A stretch of 61,586 bases of DNA, counting the filler, from Choristocarpus tenellus KU-1152 (lineage: Eukaryota > Protista > Phaeophyceae), in the NCBI GenBank assembly GCA_964200185.2. It is 10 parts of 10 records of this genome, joined end to end, with 100 filler letters (N's around TTAATTAATTAA, not from the genome) between each part and the next. Parts side by side here need not be neighbours in the genome. Positions count along the whole stretch, not along the records: positions 50,474 to 55,096 come from CAXNAD020013750.1; positions 55,197 to 61,586 come from CAXNAD020008239.1; 8 more parts are not named here. One strand, 5' to 3'. The notes under the pieces are model-generated. The model was not told where the DNA came from and made no database searches. It saw only the letters and a program-made list of their open reading frames with translations. The position numbers were made by a program, and so were the translations under genes. Positions 53,061 to 61,586 of this stretch are shown piece after piece. Within the stretch, counting starts at the first letter, position 1. The number at the start of each line of letters is the position of its first letter.

Positions 53061-55269
53061 CATGGGTATATTTTTGTCAGAGTTCCAATACTCAGATCCT
53101 GCAGTAGTAGCAGTGCAATGAATAGCTTTATCTCACTTCAGTTGGACGTTTATCATGCCTTCTGGGACCTTCACAATCTTAACACAAGGCCACGCCCAAC
53201 TAATGTTCTCGCCCAAGAAGAACTCTTGCCCCGAGAGGATTTTTTACGTTTCCTACCTATCTATATGTACCAGTGCCAAAAAGTCGTGGGAGGATGAAAG
53301 AGGGAAAACATAGATGTATGTATACAGGTCCAGTTTTTGACTGGCTTCTTCGGGGGACCTCCCAGCAGGTTTCTTTTTTAAAGATTTTGTCAGGTTTCTC
53401 GATCATTCCACATTCTTCACACAGTGGCAAACAAACATCCCCTAATAGTTTTCATCTCGAAAAAATTGGCACCAAAACTTGTTCCTGTGATGATGTTGCT
53501 CCTTGTACACGGCTCCGTGGGAGGAGCCAGGTCCCCTCCATGGTTGTACAGCTTCAACCGCTCACAAATATACGAGACTGATTCCTCAAAAACAAATCGA
53601 TACAACAATCTTTATATATGCACATTGACTGGAGGGGTTCCTTGACCTAGGAAGCGTCAGGTCTCTGTGTGGAGACTTGACGACCTCCTCCCTCAGGTCA
53701 TTACCCTATGGAAGAGAGCAACCACCATGTACGACTTAAATAGCGGAGGAGAGCAGATGATGGCCAACCCAGTCCTGATGAAGATGCGACTGGAACTTGC
53801 ACCAAAGAAGTAATGGTAAGTGATGAAGTATGTGGGATGGAATACACCCAAAGGGTCAAATTCCCCACACACTTAAGTTGGGTCGGAAGGGTGGTTTCAT
53901 CAAAGGGTGCCAATGCACAGGAAATACATTCAAACGCCTAGTAGGGCGTTTTTAGTAATTTGATTAAAACAAAGTGTTAAGGCATGTCAAGGATATGCTC
54001 TTTATTTATGCGTAAAAGAAAAATCTTTATGAAAGAGCGTAAGGATGAAGAGACCATGCTTGTGTTCTGAAGAATAGAAGATAGATATGTTTGGGTTTAA
54101 GAACTAGAATATGGAAGAGTTCAGGAGTAGGAAATGTTGTAGCAATTAATCTGTGATTAGTAACCACTGATCCAGAGGACAGGATCGATTTGGTGGCAAG
54201 GACCCCACCCCCCCCCCCCCCCCCCCCCCCCCCTCCCCCCCCCCCCCTCCCCCCCCCCNNNNNNNNNNGGGGTGTGGTCGTGTCGTTCCCCCCCCTCACG
54301 TCCCCCCCCCCCCCCCCCCCCCTTTGGGATTGGACGTTCACTCCTCCTTCCTCCTTCCTTACTTCATCTACAACCTGTTCAACACAACAAGGATTTAATC
54401 AAGTCATTTTCATACACAAGTCTTGGTGAGAAAATTAGTTTCAACCCACCAGTTTGTTGAAACACACAGACACACAGGCAGACACTCCCATTGCTACTCC
54501 CGTAAAACAATTGTTGCAGATTGAGCATCATTCTGTGTGCAGTCAGAACGGAAACACCCTTTGCTATCAGAGGCCGAGCAAGATCTAGACCAGCTGTTGC
54601 AAGCAGGAAGGGCGACAAAGAGAGCAACCCGGACAAAAAACAGACAAGAATCGTGAAACAAGCCCAACCTCTATCGGGTGGATCCAAACACTCTCTCCAT
54701 GGTAGATATCTAGTTGCATCTCCAGCAGCTAGATACAAAAAAAAATAAAGTGTGTCCGAGATGAAGTGAAGACAGGTGTTACATGAACCGACCATCCCTA
54801 ACACACACACACACACACACACATACATATGTATGTATGCATGTATATATATATTATATATATATACTTAAGGACAAATTAACGCCCACTGCCTTCGAAA
54901 CAAAAAAAAATTGAAATCAAGGCGGTGAACAGCATCCAATGTTGAAGATCGAAAAAAATAAAAGGCCCCTCGAAAGTCAGTGGGTCAAAATCTCAATCTC
55001 CTCTAGCATGGTGGCCCGAAAAATATCGAGTCACATCCACCACCTGAATCACGTTTCCACAAAGTATTGAACGGAGGGGGAGGGGGAGAGAGAGGGNNNN
55101 NNNNNNNNNNNNNNNNNNNNNNNNNNNNNNNNNNNNNNNNTTAATTAATTAANNNNNNNNNNNNNNNNNNNNNNNNNNNNNNNNNNNNNNNNNNNNGTGG
55201 AAGAGTTCACTCCGGTGATTGTGATTGCCCCCTTGAGCAGAGAACTTGGCACCTTTGACACTTTCACAG

Positions 55270-55285
55270 TGGTACTCACGCCTAG
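55270..55285 (+). promoter_or_regulatory. Putative primer-binding site
   Basis: TGGTACTCACGCCTAG directly after the LTR-terminal CA and just before the gag ATG (~55312). Confidence 0.55.
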
Positions 55286-55311
55286 TGTTCAAGGGGGCTC
55301 ACTCACGCCAC

Positions 55312-57482
55312 ATGATGTCTGACTCTACTACTCCCACACCCACTGCAACAGCTTATACCAGCAGCAGTACCAAGAAGTCAGCAACTCGAACAGGAAAAAA
55401 GAAGACGACCTATACAACGCCAACCGAAGGAGGTAATGAGGGGGGTACCATAAACGCCCAACCTAAACCGAGTTCCGCGTCTACGTCTGTAGACGGAGGC
55501 ATCCCTGGTGGCTCGCTAGAGCAGGAAGGGATGGCGGCGTAGAGGCTGAGGGAAGACCCCGCCCGTAATCCGGGCCTGAACCGGTACAGCGTGTTAGGAG
55601 AAGACCAAGAAGAGAAAGGCGAAGACAGTGCGGCAGCGACATTCGACATCCAGACATACATGAACCGCCAACTCGTCTATGCCAAGAAGATTGTCGATGA
55701 AGCAATGGAGGGGATTCCGCACGATGAAGGTTTGGTTGCTGCGGCTATGCAAACGCTGAACATGAAGATGAGTAATTCGTTTCCAGATTCAACCAACCCG
55801 CCTGCTTCTGATTACCCTCATGGAAACCCCCTTGAGCAGAGAACTTGGCACCTTTTACACTTCCAAAAACTCACGTACAAAAGGAATAATCAATTGACTC
55901 AATTATCCGCCTTGCAAACGCCCGAACATCCTCCTTCGGTTCTTGCCGAATATCAATCATGTTACGAAAGGTTCTGTCTAACGGGTTCGGTACGGAAACT
56001 TCCTTCAGGCTTGCCATCACAAATTCCTCCCAAGAGGCTATGTACATTCAACATTTCATAGAACGATCGAACACTTGCTTGGTCGGGACTGGTACCTCTA
56101 GGAATTTGATGTTGGAACAGGCGCATACACATATCTCCAAGAATTTGTTCGTACAGTATGTGGCAATCTGGTTTGCTTCTATGGACGATCTATTCACCAT
56201 AGCAATAGGGCCTACTCGATTCTTGAAGATCATGAGTAACTTCTCAAAGTTGGCTACTGGGGAGACACCCTAGTTGTGAAATACCCCTCGCATAAGGATT
56301 TACCCCCAATGCGTTTTTGGGACATTCGAGAGCAAGATTGTCCCCCAGTAGCCAACTTTGCGAAGTTACTCATGATGATCTTCAAGAATCGAGTAGGCCC
56401 TGTCGCCATGGTAAATAAATCGTCCATAGAAGCAAACCAGATTGCCACACACGAACAGATACTTGGGGATATGTGTATACGCCTGTTCCAACATCAAATT
56501 CCTAGAGGTACCAGTCCCGACCAAGCAAGTGTTCGATCGTTCTACGAAGCGTTGAATGTAGCCTCTTGGGAGGAATTTGTGACTGTAAGCCTGAAGGAAG
56601 TTTCCGTACCGAACTCGTTAGACAGAACCTTTCGCAACATGATTGATATTCGGCAGGAACGGAAGGAGGATGGATGTTCGGGTGTTTGCAAGGCGGGTAA
56701 TTGAGTCAATTGATTCCTTTGTACGTGAGTTGAGAGTAAATCCGCATGACAGGTGTGACCTCGACCCCGTTGACCTTACCCCCACCGGCCTGATTTCCCT
56801 TCTCACGGACAGACTCCGATACTGCGCGTTCAATGTTGGTGTGTTACCTGCTATTCGAGGAGTTTTGCGTTCGAATCCTCAGCGTTACGAGAACTTCGCA
56901 GCACTAGTCGATGCAGCGGTTGGCCAAGTGTTTGCCATGTCGAGTCTGGATAGAGGATCGTTTGCTCGTGTTGTGACCTCCAGCATATCCGTCGATAACT
57001 TGGGAAATTTACATCCAACGGACTTAAGATCCTCTGACCTTGGTCCACTGTTGACTGTGGCAAAGACTCTTGCAGGCGATCTGGATAGGGCTAACACCGA
57101 AATTCGCCAACTGAAATCGAAGAGACGTACTCACGGGTCTGATAAATCTACTTGATCATTCCCCTCAACCTTTTCCGAGCTCCCTGATTCCCGCCCAGTG
57201 TGCAATTTCGAAGGTTTTAGTGCGAGATCGAGGAGTGGACATGCGACGGAAGATTGTTGGACCAACCCTGGGGGCAACAACTACCACCCCTCAAGGAAAG
57301 TCCGTGAGCGTCCGGCCAGGAGAGACCGCCGAAATCAAGATACCGAGAAGTCATTCGACCAGTTGGTGTCTCCTATAACGGCATGCCTAGCTGATTCATC
57401 ACGTCCAATGCAATCGACATCGAAGAACAACCAAGACCACCCACAACCAGACGAAAAACGAACTAGGACTGGGCAGAAATAA
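55312..57482 (+). pseudogene. gag (disrupted by stop, frameshifts and an inverted insertion)
   Basis: Consecutive + ORFs 55246, 55591, 56276, 56643 and 57198; IRQERKED-VRVFARR and a Cys/His-like C...GHATEDC motif. Confidence 0.7.
55868..56731. repeat. Long inverted repeat: arms 55868-56267 and 56339-56731, ~70-bp spacer
   Basis: The arms are reverse complements at roughly 90% identity by eye. The ORF track shows mirror translations (IFKNRVGP.AMVN.SSIEANQIAT on both strands). Confidence 0.97.
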
Positions 57483-57831
57483 GGGTGCCTTACAGAATCT
57501 GTTTCCCCGAAACCTGTAGGGATAAGAAGTCAAGAAGAAACTTGGGACTTGTTGTGTAGGGCAGACTCAGATGTAATAGAGCAAATAAGATCCAACACTT
57601 TAGACATTCAAGGCCAGCACACCAAAAGTTGCCACAAGCAGGACATGTAACAACTGTTGCATCTGCTCTTTCTTTTTCCTCACACCTCTTTTGGGCGTGG
57701 GTGACATTTCTTTTACGCCGCAAATGTGTTGTTCGAACTTTTCATACTGTTGGCACACATCAGCAATCCAACACTATTCTAACCCCCTCGCGTGCTAAAT
57801 GTTTCTTCTTGCCGCATAAGAATTCCTGGGT

Positions 57832-60800
57832 ATGTTGAAAATGAACCTTTTAACAAGTATTACTGTTGATACTGCCACCGACATTCTAGTAATATCACTC
57901 AGATACATTGAAGCCCACCCAACACTTTGCAAGGCACCCATTCGGGAGATTCCAGCAGGTGCTCTGAATTTAAAAGGAGCAGGTGGTAGACCTCTTTCTG
58001 TTAATGGTTTCATTCAATTTACACTACAACTTGGTGACATATCAATGCCTGTCCAAGCAGTTGTCATACCTAATCTGGGAGTAGATAAGATTTTGCTGGA
58101 TAACAGCATTATCTCGGCATTTGGGGCAGTGCTAGATTGGGATAGAAAGGAGATGTCGTTTAAAGACAGTGATCAATGCATCCCAGCGAAACGTAAATTA
58201 TACCCTTTCCCATCTATTTCCCCCCAAAAGATTTTTGCCGACTGGAAATGCACCTCATTTTTCAATTTCAGTAATCACATCTGAATTTACTACACCAGTA
58301 CACACAGTAAAAAAGATATTCCTTCCCCCTGGCACGGAAAGGCTTGTTCCAGTTTGTTCTCCGGCACTTCGAGGAACAGCTACCGAAGCAGTGGTGGAAC
58401 CTATCATTTACACTGGCACAGACCTCCAGCATGAGGATGACATACATCCCCACTGGCAATACATAATGGTCTGTCGAACCCTCTCTGTTTGGGAAGAAGA
58501 TGGAGGATGTCTAGTCAAAATAGCCAATTTGTCACAAAAAGGGATCAAGTTAACAGCAAAATTTGTAGTTGGTCATATTTCCCCTGTGTCAAAAACATAT
58601 GCCCTGTCAGATACCACAGTAAGTACAGTTGCAGCCACGCCATCTATCCCCAAAGAACTGAAGCAGGCTAGGGAGTAAAAATCCGCGACATTATTCGACA
58701 ATGTGTAACTGATACGGAGAAACAGGGTATTATAAAACCCTCATCTAGCCCATGGGCATCCCCTGTTACCATTGTTGCCAAACCTGATGGATCACCTCGA
58801 TTCTGTGTGGATTTTAGAGGAACCATAAATAAACATTTGATACGAAATTCATGGCCTTTACCTTCCATGGATGAGTGCTTATCCACGTTGGGGGGTTCAA
58901 AATATTTTTCTTGTTTAGATATCCAATCAGCCTACTGGCAGCTACCGATCACTGGTGAATGCAAACGACAAAAAACCGCTTTCATCACGCCGGATGGGAA
59001 ATATGAGTTTCAGAGTTTACCATTTGGAGTACAAAATATACCGTGGATCTTCCAACGCTTCATGTCTGGAACCTTTTTCAGTATCGAACCTAGCTCCGGG
59101 TTGTTGGTATAATTTGACGATATAGTTTTGGCCTCTCCGTCATGACAGCTGATCACTACAATTTTTTCAATGTTACAAGATGTAGGGATTACGTTAAAGC
59201 CATCCAAGGCTCAATTTGGCTTTTAAAAAATCCATTATTTGGGACATGATGTGAGCCCAACAAGGAATTGCTGTATTCCAACCACGTATTGAAGCTATAT
59301 TAGATATGCGTCCTCCTCAAACTGTGAAAGGCTTACAATCGGTTTTAGGTTCGATGAACTTTGTTAGGAAAAATATTCCTCACCTAGCAACAGCAACAGA
59401 ACCGTTAGTTGAACACCTCAGTAAAACGAGCAAAGAAAGACCACAAGAATCTCTCATCTAGATGGAATTGACCACAGCAGACTGCTTTTGATGAATGCAA
59501 ACGACTGTTATCTAGGGCTCCAATGCTACACTTTCTTGATTTTTCTAAGGAATTTTTTATTCATGTAGATGCCAGTAATGTTGGGACAGGGGCGTTTTTG
59601 GTGAATAAAAATGATGATGACAATTTTGATATAATTGCATACCATAGTGCCTTACTTTCCCCCTCCCAATGTAAATATTCTGCCGCACAAAAAGAGTGCC
59701 TTGCAGTAATTCTGGCAATCCAACATTGGAGACCATATATTTGGGGTAAATATTTCACAGTTATTAGTGACCATTCAGCCTTACAGTGGCTGCATACGAT
59801 GCAAGATAAGTCCAATCTGTTAATTCGATGGGCCTTAGCTTTGCAAAGTTTTGATTTTACAGTCCTTCATAAGCCTGGCAGATTACATTACATCCCAGAT
59901 ATGTTGTCACGTCCTCAACTGGAAGAATTTTGTAAACATGAATCTGAACCAGCACCCCTAATCCCTATATGTCGAAATGTGGGTACAAAAACCATGGATG
60001 CAAGTTCTCAAGCAAGTAAGGTTTACCCTGCCTATGAATTGTCTGCGAATCGACTAGGTGAAATTACTAATGTGGCAAATGACTCCGAGCTCTTTGCAAC
60101 CTCCATCAATGTTTTCCCTGTAATTGCTACGGAAGTTCTAGCCAAGGCCCAACATGAGCAGTTTGAAGCTTATTTTCAATACCTAGCAGACCCAAACAAT
60201 GCAGCATTACCCACTAAGAAACGGCCTACACCATGTAATATTTTTTCACTCAAGAACGAGAAAATAGACTTTTACTCTACTGGTAGTATCAACCTGGTCA
60301 CCTTCGAAAAAACGGAGAATTTCGAGATCAGTTAGTAGCCCCAACAGAGGTTCAGGGTTTAATTTTACATGCCCTACATGACCATAAAGTTGCCGACCAT
60401 TTTGCTTTCAAACACACCATTGACCGGGTTGGCGATAGATTTTGGTGGCCAACCTTACATAAAGATGTGAGGAAGCGGTGTGAATCTTGCCAGTCCTGTC
60501 AAAGGCGGAAGGCGTCGCACACTCTCACCCCATTACCAACAGGGCATATGCCTGTCACACGTCTATTTCAACGACTTGCTATTGACCTAGTTAAATAGAA
60601 GACCACGTCAGACGATGCAAAATATGTTTTGTCTGCCGTAGACCATCTTACAAGATTCGCAATTTTGGTTGGTGTTGCAAATAAGCAAGAAAAAACCGTG
60701 GCTAAGGCTCTCGTCGACCGTATTTTTTCCATCTTTGGTCCTCNNNNNNNNNNCGGCATATCGACCGCAAGACAATAGTATATGTGAACGTATTCATTCG

Positions 60801-61586
60801 ACAATGCATGATATGCTGGCCATGTATGCAAATATGGACCAATCTGACTGGGCCTCATTGTTGCCCTTTGTCCAGCTAGCACATAATACAGCCTAAAATA
60901 CCACTGTTCAAGAAACCCCATTTTTTCACATTTTTGGGAAGCACCCAGTTTTACCAATTGATCTTATCTTGGGGGTCCCAGAGGCCACCCCCATAACTGC
61001 ACAAAAATATAGTATCAAAACAGTGGAGAATTTACGCTAGCATATGAATGAGCCCGGCGTAATATTGGTGAGATGGTTTTAAGGAATGAATCAAAGAACA
61101 TAAATCATGAACTCCCACTATACGAACCCGGAGACAAAGTGTGGCTTCACAACCACATACTTCAGCTGATGCACCAAACCCCAAGTTGTTGTCCCCATGG
61201 AGAGGACCTTATGAAGTGAAGGCACGTATAACACCTGTTGTATGTCGCGTAAAACGCTTGGAAGATCGACGGGAAGTGACAATTCATCTGGCCAGACTTA
61301 AGACCTACAAGGAGGGTAAAGCCACAGAGTCAGATATAGATGCCCTTAATTCACTCTTTTTAGGCTGGATCTTACCTGAACCGGATCTTGATCAGGGGTC
61401 AAAGACACAGCCAACTATTGGATCTTACAATATAGAGGGCATTGTTGATCATAAACGTGGGGTAGGAAGAAAGACCACCCGCAATTATTTGTACCGGCTT
61501 CACTTTCAGGGATATTCACCGGCCAGTGATGTATGGCGCAAACCCGCTGAAATACCTGAATGTGCAGAGATGATCGCAGCCTATAG
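57832..61586 (+). pseudogene. pol: aspartic protease, RT, RNase H, integrase, chromodomain
   Basis: PR VDTA (57865) ...ILLDN; RT SSPWASPV, RFCVDFR, LDIQSAYWQ, KTAFITP, LPFG, *FDD (YxDD hit by a stop at 59110); RH DASNVGTGA, KECLAV, SDHSAL; IN HHCC (HDH...H...CESCQSC), IDL, VDHLTRF, CERIH; chromodomain YNIEGIVDHKR...YLYRLHFQGYSPASDVW ending in TAG at 61586. Confidence 0.95.

Larger units (their letters stand above)
55197..61586 (+). mobile_element. Ty3/Gypsy chromodomain-bearing LTR retrotransposon, decayed
   Basis: LTR 3' end (...TTTCACA, ~55268), PBS-like TGG, gag, then PR-RT-RH-IN-chromodomain in Gypsy order; many frameshifts and stops. Confidence 0.95.

Noticed and set aside
5655-55196. 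Recurring TTAATTAATTAA palindrome as a biological repeat, and any gene-cluster reading across it
   Set aside because: It is always centred in exactly 100 bp with 44 N on each side, so it is an assembly linker; neighbouring contigs need not be adjacent.

Overview
Eukaryotic, intron-rich, TE-dense nuclear DNA. The best guess is a brown alga or other photosynthetic stramenopile; this is inferred from bipartite plastid-targeting presequences, TTAGGG motifs and phase-0 TPR exons. The window is not one locus: it is 10 contigs joined by artificial 100-bp linkers (44N-TTAATTAATTAA-44N), so adjacency across linkers is meaningless. Five spliced genes could be partly reconstructed, all incomplete: a plastid PAP/fibrillin (-) head-to-head with a GET3/ArsA ATPase (+) 155 bp away, a secreted histidine acid phosphatase, a WCGPC nucleoredoxin/tryparedoxin-like protein, and a TPR-repeat protein. 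The rest is nested mobile DNA: three decayed DD39D-like mariner elements (one full-length with TIRs, one split by a solo LTR), a solo-LTR family with 5-bp TSDs, several MITE families sharing GAG(T/C)(G/C)AAAGTA termini with variable 3-bp TSDs, a SINE-like insert with a 16-bp TSD, LINE/Copia/Gypsy fragments, and a decayed chromodomain Ty3/Gypsy element. The most unusual structure is inside that element's gag: an LTR-end fragment is fused to a ~400-bp inverted copy of gag, giving a long hairpin that could act as an siRNA-producing 'killer' allele. Also notable are an alternating-orientation array of ~40-bp palindromic modules (6968-8472) and a duplicated two-exon cassette (20150-21220). All alignments were done by eye.
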